From the IMG/VR virus record IMGVR_UViG_3300042862_000066, positions 32,001 to 96,000 of that record: a DNA stretch of 64,000 nucleotides. One strand, written 5' to 3'. The translations under genes were made by a program, and so were the position numbers. The DNA comes from a virus. This document shows positions 50,989-59,674 of the stretch, one piece after another. Within the stretch, counting starts at the first letter, position 1. Every line of letters starts with the position of its first letter. The notes below the pieces were generated by a model, which made no database searches, was not told the DNA's origin, and was given only the letters and a program-made list of their open reading frames with translations.

Positions 50989-51796
50989 TTTCTTTTAGCA
51001 TGTTAATCACATTAATGACTTCCTCTTTTAAATAAGGTACATCATATTGTACAATTTTATCTACTACAGGCTCACCAAATTCATCGTATAGTACGACTCT
51101 ATTATCATACGCATCTCTACCGGCCTCTTTAAATACTATATGTTCGATAATCATTTTTCCCGCGCGCATGCGAGGATTATGTTTAAGAATCATATACATG
51201 TACAAGCTTAGCTGTAATGCATAATGATTAAGATTGCAATCATCCAAGTGACTGACAGGATCAAGCATTCTATCAGTAATTCCTTCCCAGTTTGTGTAAC
51301 CCGAAGTTTTAATTTCTTTATTAGTCTTGTAATCATAAATATTTACTATGCTCTTTATTATTTCTACTCTATCGGCTTGACCACATAATCCAGCGCTTTT
51401 AAGATAAACCATATGCTCCGGATAGATACCGTCAACAAGTTTTTGCTCAGGAGCTTTTTTAATTCCATCTATTTCAACGGGTTTAAAAATAGGAATAGTA
51501 GAGCCATCTTGTTCTATGGTATCACAAGACGTATATGCAGCCTCTCTTTGGTTATGATACCAAGTACCGAGGTTCATAGCTTTTTGTGATTCATTCTTCC
51601 ATGCTTCTTTAATATCCTCAGGAGACATACCGAACCATTTGCTTTTTTTCTTCTTAGACGAACCGAGAGCTATAGCATCTGCATCAAAAGCTTTTTTAAG
51701 CTTAGATATAATACCTGTTACACTAGTCCATGTAATGTTCTCACTAGGATCAATGCTTATGTAACTATGAGTATCAGCTTTAAATACTATCGCCAT
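50981..51796 (-). CDS. PD-(D/E)XK exonuclease-like protein
   Basis: SVTGII, GTWYH, E..V, GQADRV, IYDYKT, YALQLSLY motifs. Confidence 0.85.
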   Translation of the reverse strand: MAIVFKADTHSYISIDPSENITWTSVTGIISKLKKAFDADAIALGSSKKKKSKWFGMSPEDIKEAWKNESQKAMNLGTWYHNQREAAYTSCDTIEQDGSTIPIFKPVEIDGIKKAPEQKLVDGIYPEHMVYLKSAGLCGQADRVEIIKSIVNIYDYKTNKEIKTSGYTNWEGITDRMLDPVSHLDDCNLNHYALQLSLYMYMILKHNPRMRAGKMIIEHIVFKEAGRDAYDNRVVLYDEFGEPVVDKIVQYDVPYLKEEVINVINMLKENA

Positions 51797-52112
51797 TGTT
51801 TCCTAGTTTAGCATTTAATACATCCTCTTCTTCCTCAGTCATTACAGCAAACCATTGACCCTTAGGGCATTCTGATGACATGCTACGAATCTTATACTTA
51901 AGGGCGCAGCCGCAGTCGCTACAGCAAGGCTGCGTACCCGGCACTAGACATTTATCGCCTACCAAATCTATTAGTGGGCAGTTGTTACATATCTCATTAC
52001 GCCAGTATGCAATCTTCTCTATTTTTTTGCGAGTAAAATAGTAGTTAAAAACTCCTTCAAGAATGAGCCATTTAGTGCTCCAAACCGTCTTGATCTTTTC
52101 TAAGATTTTCAT
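51780..52112 (-). CDS. Zn-finger protein
   Basis: RNEICNNCP...CSDCGCALKYKIRS...CPKGQW. Confidence 0.75.
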   Translation of the reverse strand: MKILEKIKTVWSTKWLILEGVFNYYFTRKKIEKIAYWRNEICNNCPLIDLVGDKCLVPGTQPCCSDCGCALKYKIRSMSSECPKGQWFAVMTEEEEDVLNAKLGNNGDSI

Positions 52113-52476
52113 TTTTAGTTGCTTTAAATTGGTGCTTTAAACTTAACTGATCTTCAAGCTTTTGCTTTAAGGAGTAGAATCGTTTTAAACGTTGTTGAGC
52201 GGTATTATAAAATTGAAATTTTTTTAAGTTGGCAGGATTGATAATTCTAACGTAGTCTTCATTCTTTTGTATTTCTCTATGAAGGCATTTACTTTTTGTA
52301 TAGAATACTCCTAGATTCTCCACGTCTATAACGGGTTCATCCATTGATTCTAAATATTTTCTAACGTTGCTCCAGTAATACGAAACAATATCAGAAACTT
52401 GTGATTCTGGTAGACCTAGCTCTTCAGCTACATCTTTATACAGGTTGTTGGACTTCTTTGGGCTCAACGTGTACAA
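52072..52476 (-). CDS. HU/IHF-like DNA-binding protein
   Basis: LYKDVAEELGLPESQVSDIV...IDVENLGVFY; start may be the TTG at 52467. Confidence 0.75.
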   Translation of the reverse strand: MYTLSPKKSNNLYKDVAEELGLPESQVSDIVSYYWSNVRKYLESMDEPVIDVENLGVFYTKSKCLHREIQKNEDYVRIINPANLKKFQFYNTAQQRLKRFYSLKQKLEDQLSLKHQFKATKNENLRKDQDGLEH

Positions 52477-52819
52477 ATTTATAATCCAGCAAAATATTAC
52501 CTGTGATCTGTATCTTTAGGTCATCGCTTAAAGATATCTTCTTCTTACTCTTTCCATTCTTAATCACTAAGCTTTTCTTTTCAGCTTTAGTAATCGCATT
52601 ACGAACCGATTGGCTGCTACCAAAAATCTTGTTCTTAGTAGCAGCGTCACAGAATTCCGTAAGTTCTTTCTCTCCTGATAGAGCTAAGAAAGTAAGACAG
52701 CTTAAGTCCTGATCAGATACATTTAGCGCCTTTAAATGGCAATGTACAGCTAGTTGGAACTTGACAATACTCCACAAGTCCATTCTAACTGTTTTTCGTA
52801 CCTGATTTACTACAGCCAT
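52436..52819 (-). CDS. Winged-helix DNA-binding protein
   Basis: VSDQDLSCLTFLA...SSQSVRNAITKAEKKSLVIK...KKISL fits a wHTH recognition helix and wing. Confidence 0.6.
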   Translation of the reverse strand: MAVVNQVRKTVRMDLWSIVKFQLAVHCHLKALNVSDQDLSCLTFLALSGEKELTEFCDAATKNKIFGSSQSVRNAITKAEKKSLVIKNGKSKKKISLSDDLKIQITGNILLDYKFVHVEPKEVQQPV

Positions 52820-53073
52820 TATTTCTCTTTCTTAAGAGTTCGTGGAGCAGTAGGTTCTTTAGGACCTTCAGCTGGTGATTCAGGAGCAGGAGCTAAAATC
52901 TGAGCAGCGCGCATCTGTGCTACTAAAGCACGTAGACGTTGTTCTTCGATATCAGCAATTAGGGTTTCGTACTTTAACTGTACGATTAACATTTCAGATT
53001 GTTCAGCAAATGATGCGATCAATTCTTGTTTTTTAGCAGCCATTTCTTCTGCTGAAACTTGTTGGTTTTCCAT
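52819..53073 (-). CDS. Small coiled-coil protein (84 aa from MENQQ)
   Basis: ATG at 53073 lies downstream of the promoter at 53096; the track's longer start overlaps the promoter and terminator. Confidence 0.7.
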   Translation of the reverse strand: MENQQVSAEEMAAKKQELIASFAEQSEMLIVQLKYETLIADIEEQRLRALVAQMRAAQILAPAPESPAEGPKEPTAPRTLKKEK

Positions 53074-53095
53074 GTCTAACTTATTTAGGTTTAGA

Positions 53096-53125
53096 CAAAT
53101 ATATGTAAAAAGTTTAAACTTACAA
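53096..53125 (-). promoter_or_regulatory. Bacteroidota promoter TTG-N19-TATATTTG with palindrome AAGTTTAAACTT in the spacer
   Basis: caaatata 53096-53103, caa 53123-53125, palindrome 53110-53121. Confidence 0.7.
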
Positions 53126-53134
53126 CATTTAAAC

Positions 53135-53180
53135 AAAAAAAAGACCCGCTAGCAGATCTTACGGTATGCTAGGCGGGTAC
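53135..53180 (-). terminator. Intrinsic terminator with extended stem
   Basis: ACCCGC-C-TAGCA-(TACCGTAAGATC)-TGCTA-GCGGGT-C-T8. Confidence 0.75.
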
Positions 53181-53194
53181 CTAATACTTAAGAG

Positions 53195-53548
53195 TTAAGC
53201 TCGTTTACCGTCTTCTTCTCTCTTAGCCTTTATATATCCTGTTAACTCTGCAATGTTAGTACTCAACTGAGTCATGTGCGTAGTAAGGTTATCCATCTTT
53301 AGATCAAGCTTCTCGTGAGCAGCTTTCTGATCTTCTTTAAGTATTTCCATTCTATTATAGATGCTTGTTTCTTTGGCCATAAGATCTGTTTCTAGGGAGT
53401 CCATGTCACTTGCGAGTTTATCTACTTTCCCTTTCAACTTCCCTAGTTCCTGCTTAAGAGCATAATATGCTGATAAACCTGCACCTATTGTCATCACTAT
53501 CCAGATAACATCTTTAGTGGTAAATACCCACGCTTCTGCTGATCCCAT
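53195..53548 (-). CDS. Single-TM coiled-coil membrane protein (holin-like candidate)
   Basis: N-terminal hydrophobic VIWIVMTIGAGLSAYYAL followed by a heptad coiled coil. Confidence 0.5.
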   Translation of the reverse strand: MGSAEAWVFTTKDVIWIVMTIGAGLSAYYALKQELGKLKGKVDKLASDMDSLETDLMAKETSIYNRMEILKEDQKAAHEKLDLKMDNLTTHMTQLSTNIAELTGYIKAKREEDGKRA

Positions 53549-54099
53549 TATAATTTCTTTAGAGGGTTGATAATGGCTGGTCCTATAGAAAGTGTTGTTC
53601 CTACATTATTTAATGTTGCAGCAAAAATAATATATATCGGTTGCGTAATATCAAAAATAGTCGAGTTCGTATATCCACCAGGTAATGTTGCTGTTGAAGT
53701 ATTTTGCACATTAGTATTACTTGTAATACGAGTCATAGCATTAGCCGCACCCCCTGATGTAGAATTAATACCAAAGGCATAAGCTGTGGTACCGCTTGAA
53801 GCTGCGGCACTTAGTCCACCACCTAATTGAATAGGACTACCTGATAAATTAGTAGTATTGTTCATATAAACCAGCATGCTTGTAGCACCTGTTCCCGCAT
53901 AGTTTATAGCTGCTTCTACACTTCCAAAATCTTTATTTCCTACATTCCAATAATTACCAATCGTTAACGTATTAGCAGGTATAGTTAAAATCTTTACAAT
54001 AGTTTGGGCTACTGTTCCTGTAAAAGCTACGAATGCTGTGTTAGATACGGCAGCTATAGGTAACTGATTAATAGATGGTATTTGTATTTGCGTACTCAT
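53548..54099 (-). CDS. Beta-rich structural/fibre-tip-like protein (183 aa)
   Basis: T/S/G/N-rich; ILTIPANTL and FDITQPIYIIF motifs. Confidence 0.5.
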   Translation of the reverse strand: MSTQIQIPSINQLPIAAVSNTAFVAFTGTVAQTIVKILTIPANTLTIGNYWNVGNKDFGSVEAAINYAGTGATSMLVYMNNTTNLSGSPIQLGGGLSAAASSGTTAYAFGINSTSGGAANAMTRITSNTNVQNTSTATLPGGYTNSTIFDITQPIYIIFAATLNNVGTTLSIGPAIINPLKKL

Positions 54100-54101
54100 A
54101 A

Positions 54102-55043
54102 TTATGCAAGTGTTATAATTATTAACTCAGCTCCCGCAGTTGTGGTACTATAAGTTATTGCAGCTAAGGTATTGTTAATAGCGCCTGCATCAAAATTTAA
54201 TGATTCACCTGGCTTAAGGGTAATACCACCAACTGTTGCATCAGCGGTTCCTACACTAGCAAACGATGCTGAATATTTACCTGCAGTTATAGTACCCGAT
54301 GTACCAGTAGGTCTAAGGAATGCAGGAGTTCTTTGAACACCTGCTTGATCACTAGCAAGGGCAACTGATATAGAGTTAGCCATTGTCTGCTGACCCTCAT
54401 TAGGTAATGAAGATATTGCTACAGAGGGTAATGATGATACCGCTACGGTGCCGTCTACAGTAATAGAACCTCCACCATCTGAAATATTAACGTGTCCACT
54501 TGCATTTACCTCAATAGTTTGCTGAATTCCACCAGCTGTAACACCTGCTACAAGAAAAGAATTTGGAGGTGCTGTAACCCCATCTGTTCCTACACAATTA
54601 TCTATAAGTTGAACACTAGTTTCAATATCAGTAAGAATAGCATTACCTGCTTGAATAGCTCCTAATATAAGTGCTAATACAGCAGAAGGATCTGCATATA
54701 CTAAACATCCTGGAGTAGCTGCCCCTGGAGGAACTACAGGTGTTGTACTACCTGGTAGATAGTATGTAATCGGACCCCAGGTAGATGTATCAGGATTCCA
54801 TATCCTTACCTCTAAATATACCGTATCACTATTACAAGTATCTACTGTAAATTTAGCTTCATACTCTGTACTAGCTTGAAGTGTAGTAAGTATTGATGAA
54901 AGTATAAATTCTACATCATCGGTATTAGCATCAATAATTTTAAGTTGATCACAAGTACATTGAAGTCCTTGTAATACTTTTAACTCGTAGTTAAAGTTAG
55001 AGCCTTTATCTCCTTCTTTTGGGTTTCCGTTTCCTAGTGACAT
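54102..55043 (-). CDS. Head-fibre-like structural protein (313 aa)
   Basis: N-terminal GDKGSNFNYELKVLQGLQ, ISDGGGSITVDGTV and GQQTMANSISVALASDQ fibre-shaft motifs, beta-rich tip. Confidence 0.55.
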   Translation of the reverse strand: MSLGNGNPKEGDKGSNFNYELKVLQGLQCTCDQLKIIDANTDDVEFILSSILTTLQASTEYEAKFTVDTCNSDTVYLEVRIWNPDTSTWGPITYYLPGSTTPVVPPGAATPGCLVYADPSAVLALILGAIQAGNAILTDIETSVQLIDNCVGTDGVTAPPNSFLVAGVTAGGIQQTIEVNASGHVNISDGGGSITVDGTVAVSSLPSVAISSLPNEGQQTMANSISVALASDQAGVQRTPAFLRPTGTSGTITAGKYSASFASVGTADATVGGITLKPGESLNFDAGAINNTLAAITYSTTTAGAELIIITLA

Positions 55044-55057
55044 AGTTTTATAATTTT

Positions 55058-55240
55058 TTAAGCTTCTCTTGAAGCATCTTGAGGATTTGCATAAAGATTT
55101 AACTTTGCCCGTGTATCAGGCTCTACCTTATCCTGATAACAAGTTGGTTTATTTCCAGGTTTAGGAGTACTGCATCCTGCAGATTTCATACCAGGTACAC
55201 TGTTATAATATTCTTCTAATGATCCTTTTCTTAATGACAT
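55058..55240 (-). CDS. Hypothetical protein (60 aa)
   Basis: ORF fills the operon gap with an AT-rich leader. Confidence 0.55.
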   Translation of the reverse strand: MSLRKGSLEEYYNSVPGMKSAGCSTPKPGNKPTCYQDKVEPDTRAKLNLYANPQDASREA

Positions 55241-55254
55241 ATGTTTAAGTTTTA

Positions 55255-55905
55255 TTAGTTAAAGTAAGCTAGTGTTTGGTCAGACATAAACTCAATATCT
55301 ATGTATGCTATGCCTACCCAAGATGCTCCAGCAGTTGCTACAATGGATACAAAGTAGTCATCAAGACCTGCTATTGTATTATCCAGTACAATCGTTGCAA
55401 ATGTAAGTGGTATAGCTGCTCCTGTACTTGCGTTTTTTACTAAAGCGTTTACTGTAAACTTACCAGATACTCCATTATATGTAGTTACGCCAAGAGCGCC
55501 AATCACACTAGCATCATTAATTAATCTAAGTCTAGTATCTCCTGATATTACACCAATTAGGTATGAATAAGATGATTGACCTATCCCATTAAAGTTTACA
55601 ATACCACCTAATTTATAAGTGTTAAGTAGGTCACCATTATCAGTTGTAATAGTATCAGGTAACTGTATAAAATCACTTTCTGCTTCTGGATCTAATATAC
55701 CCGTTACATAGTTCATTTGAGTACCTGGAGCAGGTACTATAGATGCAGCAAAATCTTCTACGGTCATACCATAAGACTGGTACTTGTCTCCGCGTTTAGC
55801 GTAAGATACATTGTTACCAAGAATTACAAGATCTTGTGTAGGATCTTGTACTGTAGTTTTTACTAGTTTGTTTTTGAGTAGGTATACCCAGTTTAATATA
55901 TCCAT
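55255..55905 (-). CDS. MDILNW-family virion appendage protein 3
   Basis: N-terminal ~55 aa shared with the two upstream paralogs. Confidence 0.65.
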   Translation of the reverse strand: MDILNWVYLLKNKLVKTTVQDPTQDLVILGNNVSYAKRGDKYQSYGMTVEDFAASIVPAPGTQMNYVTGILDPEAESDFIQLPDTITTDNGDLLNTYKLGGIVNFNGIGQSSYSYLIGVISGDTRLRLINDASVIGALGVTTYNGVSGKFTVNALVKNASTGAAIPLTFATIVLDNTIAGLDDYFVSIVATAGASWVGIAYIDIEFMSDQTLAYFN

Positions 55906-55906
55906 G

Positions 55907-56458
55907 TTAGTTATTTATTGTGTAAAGTTCATAATAAACGTACAAATCACCATCCCAGTTATTAACCCCAGCTATTGTAGGATTAGCGTTATAAAGATTA
56001 AACTCTAATCCGTTTGAAACTCCTGTAGCAATTAAATGAGGGATAACATTATCAGTTATAGTGTTTTTGTAATACACTGAGTATTGTACATATACGTTAT
56101 CTCTGTTAGTTATAGTAAGGTCTAGATCTGGATTATCAATCAAGAAAGAAACTGAACTAGCATAAGCTGCACCAGGAGTTAAAGGAGCAGATGTTCCCAT
56201 ATTGGCAATATCAATAATACCACGGGCAGTAGTTACTGTTACAACGCTAGTAGCTGCAATATCTAACTCATAGTGAGCCGTATTAGCAATGAGACCTGCT
56301 TCAATAAAATCTTGTGTAGGCATTGCATAAGATTGATACTTATCTCCCCGCTTTTGGAAGGATACATCAGCACCAAGCACTAGTAAGTCTTGTGGACTAT
56401 CTAGTGTGGTTCTGATTAAGTTTTGTTTCTTTATGCCTAGCCAGTTAAGGATGTCCAT
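55907..56458 (-). CDS. MDILNW-family virion appendage protein 2
   Basis: MDILNWLGIKKQNLIRTT...KRGDKYQSYAM. Confidence 0.65.
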   Translation of the reverse strand: MDILNWLGIKKQNLIRTTLDSPQDLLVLGADVSFQKRGDKYQSYAMPTQDFIEAGLIANTAHYELDIAATSVVTVTTARGIIDIANMGTSAPLTPGAAYASSVSFLIDNPDLDLTITNRDNVYVQYSVYYKNTITDNVIPHLIATGVSNGLEFNLYNANPTIAGVNNWDGDLYVYYELYTINN

Positions 56459-56467
56459 ATTAGTCTA

Positions 56468-57406
56468 TTAAGATGGGTAAACTCGAATTTCTAGGTTCAT
56501 ACCGTTAGTACCCATTATTCCATTTGTAAGGGATCCGGAACTATTGTAAACATTTAACCATACTTGAGAACCATCAAAAACAGATGATACATAACCAGCA
56601 CTAGCACCACCTAAGTTTCCATCATTTCCTTTAGTTGCAAATACTACAATTCTATGGTTAGGAATTCCAACGTAACTAGGATTAAATAGAAGAAATTGTC
56701 CAGGATTAAACGTAGAAATTGTCCAAGTACCTGCAGTTGTGTTTTCTTTTACTGTTACTGTAGGTGTAGCGCTCCCTACCTGAAAAACACGAGCTATATA
56801 AACAAGTGCGGATCCTGCTCCTCCTGGTGTTCCTTGAGGAATACCTAAGTTCAAAGTTTGAATAGGGGATGATCCAGTAATAGTTGCCGTAGCACTAGAA
56901 CCTGCTGCTAATGTAGTTACACTTCCTATAGATAATACGTTACTTGGACCAGAAGCACCAGTTGGGCCTTGTAATCCAGTAGCACCTGTAGCTCCAGTAG
57001 CTCCTTGTGCAGCAAGTAATGCCCATTTTGTAGGATCCGCTGAAGGTACAGTAGCGGTAGGACCTACGTTAGCAATACAGAACCATGATGCTCCACCGTA
57101 ACCTACTGCGTCATCTATTACATAAGTTCCTGAGGCAGACCATGCTCCTTGCCAGTTTAATCCGGCAGGACCCACAGGACCGGGTGCACCAGCAGCACCA
57201 GCTACACCAGCAACTCCTTGAGGACCGGTAGGACCAGCGGGTAAGGTTGCAGCAAAATCATTAATTTCCATTGCGTAGTTTTGATAAATATCGCCACGCT
57301 TATTAGCACCTACTTTAGCACCAAAGATCATTAAGTCTTTGTTGTTATCAATAGTAGTACGTACAAATTTGTTTTTAGCTAGATATAGCCAGTTTAGAAT
57401 GTCCAT
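56468..57406 (-). CDS. MDILNW-family fibre protein with collagen-like repeats
   Basis: Gly-X-Y runs (GPTGPQGVAGVAGAAGAPGPVGP; GATGATGATGLQGPTG), WQGAW..TY..DAV.Y module, TLNLGIPQG. Confidence 0.75.
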   Translation of the reverse strand: MDILNWLYLAKNKFVRTTIDNNKDLMIFGAKVGANKRGDIYQNYAMEINDFAATLPAGPTGPQGVAGVAGAAGAPGPVGPAGLNWQGAWSASGTYVIDDAVGYGGASWFCIANVGPTATVPSADPTKWALLAAQGATGATGATGLQGPTGASGPSNVLSIGSVTTLAAGSSATATITGSSPIQTLNLGIPQGTPGGAGSALVYIARVFQVGSATPTVTVKENTTAGTWTISTFNPGQFLLFNPSYVGIPNHRIVVFATKGNDGNLGGASAGYVSSVFDGSQVWLNVYNSSGSLTNGIMGTNGMNLEIRVYPS

Positions 57407-57498
57407 GATTAGATTAGATTAATGGATTAGTATATAGTATAATATAAGAAGTATCTGTAGGATAACCAAATTATTCTTTTGGCTCTTCATATTGTTGT

Positions 57499-57735
57499 TT
57501 ATTTGTTATAAATTGTGAAGGCCGTACCTGGGTCTGTTTCAAGCAAAGATATAAAATATTCTAGCTTAGAAACGTCTTGAAAATCTTTTATCATTATGGC
57601 ATGTTCAGGAAGGCCTCGGACAAATGATCCGTCCTCAGCCTGCTCATCTGATAAGATAAACATTGTGGAGTTAGTATCAACATTAGTGATTACCCAATCT
57701 CCGTTTTCAATTTGGTTGTAACTATAGTTTATCAT
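57499..57735 (-). CDS. Small acidic protein (78 aa)
   Basis: ATGA overlap with the fibre-like gene upstream; possible fibre partner. Confidence 0.55.
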   Translation of the reverse strand: MINYSYNQIENGDWVITNVDTNSTMFILSDEQAEDGSFVRGLPEHAIMIKDFQDVSKLEYFISLLETDPGTAFTIYNK

Positions 57736-58412
57736 ATTGCATATTTAAAACTTCCTGTTGACAATGTTCCACTAGAGGTAGCTCCAGCTACAAAAGGATT
57801 GCTAGCTACTACTGTAAGTCTTTGGTTAGTTGTAAAACTAACTGTTGCCGAGTTATCTGTATATGTTCCAGCAGCTGATCCGGCCGCAATTGTGACAACT
57901 GGTCCAAATGTACTTGTATCTGTATTAGCTATTTTTACATATACTGTAGATGTTGGGGCAACTTGAGCTGCACGTAAAATTACAACTAAAGTTGAGGCAG
58001 TCCCTGCTGGCATTGGGTATCCTGGAAGGAAAGCATTGGCAGCTGACCCATATTGTGTAGATACTGTTGCAGGTGATACAGGAGTTCCCCCTAAATACAC
58101 CCCGTAAAACAATGATACGTTAGGGACTGCAAAGCTATTCATGTTAAATACATAAACAGTTGAGCTTGATGCTGTGTATTGAGGAACATTAAGAGTGGCT
58201 CCAACTAAAGTAGCAGCACCACTGGTTCCAGTTGTAGTTAATGTAATTGCATTTTGTTTAGCATTAAGAGCAGTTTGTAAATCTGTTTGTAAAGCTAGAG
58301 TACCTGTAATACTACCCCAGGCTACTGATGTGGGGGAAGATACAATAAGATCATATATCTCCTGAAGTCTTTCAAGAGTAAGATTCTCAAACCTATTGTT
58401 AATAGTAGCCAT
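57732..58412 (-). CDS. Fibre-like structural protein (226 aa)
   Basis: WGSITGTLALQTDLQTALNAKQ and LTTTGTSGAATLVGATLNVPQY fibre-shaft motifs. Confidence 0.7.
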   Translation of the reverse strand: MATINNRFENLTLERLQEIYDLIVSSPTSVAWGSITGTLALQTDLQTALNAKQNAITLTTTGTSGAATLVGATLNVPQYTASSSTVYVFNMNSFAVPNVSLFYGVYLGGTPVSPATVSTQYGSAANAFLPGYPMPAGTASTLVVILRAAQVAPTSTVYVKIANTDTSTFGPVVTIAAGSAAGTYTDNSATVSFTTNQRLTVVASNPFVAGATSSGTLSTGSFKYAI

Positions 58413-58414
58413 TA

Positions 58415-58474
58415 CTATATAGCTTGTTTAATCTTCTGTAATAGTTCTAATACCATTAATTGAAACTTGCTCAT
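58415..58474 (-). CDS. 19-aa minigene MSKFQLMVLELLQKIKQAI
   Basis: ATG overlaps the upstream TAA (TAATG); ends TAG TAA with the TAA overlapping the next ATG; resembles N-termini of the 226-aa and 313-aa proteins. Confidence 0.55.
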   Translation of the reverse strand: MSKFQLMVLELLQKIKQAI

Positions 58475-58917
58475 TAGATCTGTACAAATGTGTTAGTTAC
58501 GTACCAGCTATCTATATTAGTAGGATTAGCCATTAGCGTAGCAGCCCCAAGATCTCCAGGTACCGCAGTAGATGGTGATACAAGTAATATACTAGCGTAA
58601 GCACCTTCATCAATTTGAGCAGCTGTAGATGGTACTATATTAACATCATCATCAGATGTATTCTTTACAGTAATAGTCTGACCAAGTAAACTATTTACAC
58701 TTGGTAAATAGAAAGTAAATGTACCTCCTGTGGTAGGACCTACTATATTAAAGTAAGTAACGTAACTACCTAAGGTAGCACAACTTAGAGTATAAGTAGT
58801 AATACCTTCAGCAAAGGGATTTATAGTAATTACTAGTGGAGCACCTGTAGGTCTTGGTTCCGGATCAGGTATTCTAAATATATTCTCCGCAAAAAAGTTG
58901 TTAGGAGGTATTGCCAT
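58474..58917 (-). CDS. Beta-rich structural protein (147 aa)
   Basis: TFYLPSVNSLLGQTITVKN...QIDEG...SWYV resembles phage fibre/decoration beta domains. Confidence 0.55.
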   Translation of the reverse strand: MAIPPNNFFAENIFRIPDPEPRPTGAPLVITINPFAEGITTYTLSCATLGSYVTYFNIVGPTTGGTFTFYLPSVNSLLGQTITVKNTSDDDVNIVPSTAAQIDEGAYASILLVSPSTAVPGDLGAATLMANPTNIDSWYVTNTFVQI

Positions 58918-59207
58918 TACTTAAGTCTTTTATTAGTTCCTTTTCCATTACGAGCGCGGTTAGTAGAGGAAGATTCCTTTACTAGTTTTCCGGCTTTGGT
59001 ATGAGACATGTCTTTACCATCTTTATTTCCGTATGTCTTAGCTTTGCGATTAGCGCTATTTAAATTTTCACGGTAGTTAACTCTACTAGGATCAGAATGA
59101 TACTCCTTGTTATAGGCGTTCTTCTTAGCCCGAGAATCTGGGTTAGCAGCAAAGTACTTTGCAGACTTAGACTTACCTGTGGATTTTCCAGCTAGACTAT
59201 TTCTCAT
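58917..59207 (-). CDS. Small basic HNH-like protein
   Basis: DGKDMSH...ESSSTNRARNG is a truncated HNH-type signature. Confidence 0.55.
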   Translation of the reverse strand: MRNSLAGKSTGKSKSAKYFAANPDSRAKKNAYNKEYHSDPSRVNYRENLNSANRKAKTYGNKDGKDMSHTKAGKLVKESSSTNRARNGKGTNKRLK

Positions 59208-59211
59208 ATAT

Positions 59212-59242
59212 CAAAGATACAATAATTTTAGTGGCAGCACAA
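59212..59242 (-). promoter_or_regulatory. Promoter TTG-N20-TATCTTTG, 4 nt from the ATG (near-leaderless)
   Basis: caaagata 59212-59219; caa 59240-59242. Confidence 0.55.
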
Positions 59243-59316
59243 AAAAAAGTAGGGCCTACATTACGAGCGCGATTCTATCCCAAGATAAAAAGCGTTTGGA
59301 GTAACGTAGACCCTAT
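59241..59316 (-). terminator. Unusually long hairpin + U8 after groES
   Basis: 15-bp basal stem with two G-U pairs only on the minus strand, inner hairpin, then 8 U. Confidence 0.7.
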
Positions 59317-59331
59317 TAGTTAAGGTACTTC

Positions 59332-59622
59332 TTAGTAGACGATTGCTACAGCATGGTCTAGGACCATCATGTAGTCAACTCCATCTAAGCGAACTAATTC
59401 AGCATTAGCTAACATGCTCGCGTTAATGTAAACCTCATCGGTAGGTTTGATATCTACAACCTCGGAGCCAACTGCAAATACAGTAAGGCGAGTCCATTTG
59501 GTCATAATCTCTTTATCTAACTCTGCCTGAACCTCAGGGGTAATCTCGATAAGGGACTTTGTTTCAGATACCGGCTTGGTAACTAAGATGCGTTTACCGC
59601 GTAATTCTTTAAATGCTGACAT
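59332..59622 (-). CDS. groES: Co-chaperonin GroES-like protein
   Basis: LRGKRILV...TKSLIEI (mobile loop)...TVFAVGSEV.DIKPTDEVY...LDGVDYMMVLDHAVAIV. Confidence 0.8.
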   Translation of the reverse strand: MSAFKELRGKRILVTKPVSETKSLIEITPEVQAELDKEIMTKWTRLTVFAVGSEVVDIKPTDEVYINASMLANAELVRLDGVDYMMVLDHAVAIVY

Positions 59623-59644
59623 ATGTTTATTGGTTTAGCTGTGA

Positions 59645-59674
59645 CAAATATATACAAGAATTTGTTACGGGCAA
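59645..59674 (-). promoter_or_regulatory. groES promoter TTG-N19-TATATTTG overlapped by GTGACAA-N14-TTGTTAC
   Basis: caaatata 59645-59652, caa 59672-59674. Confidence 0.65.

Noticed and set aside
50981-51796. Nuclease as Cas4 of a CRISPR system
   Set aside because: No four-Cys Fe-S pattern, no other cas genes and no repeat-spacer array.
359-57966. Numerous plus-strand ORFs of 60-198 aa and short nested minus-strand ORFs in the track
   Set aside because: They are antisense or alternative-frame shadows of long, motif-bearing minus-strand genes.
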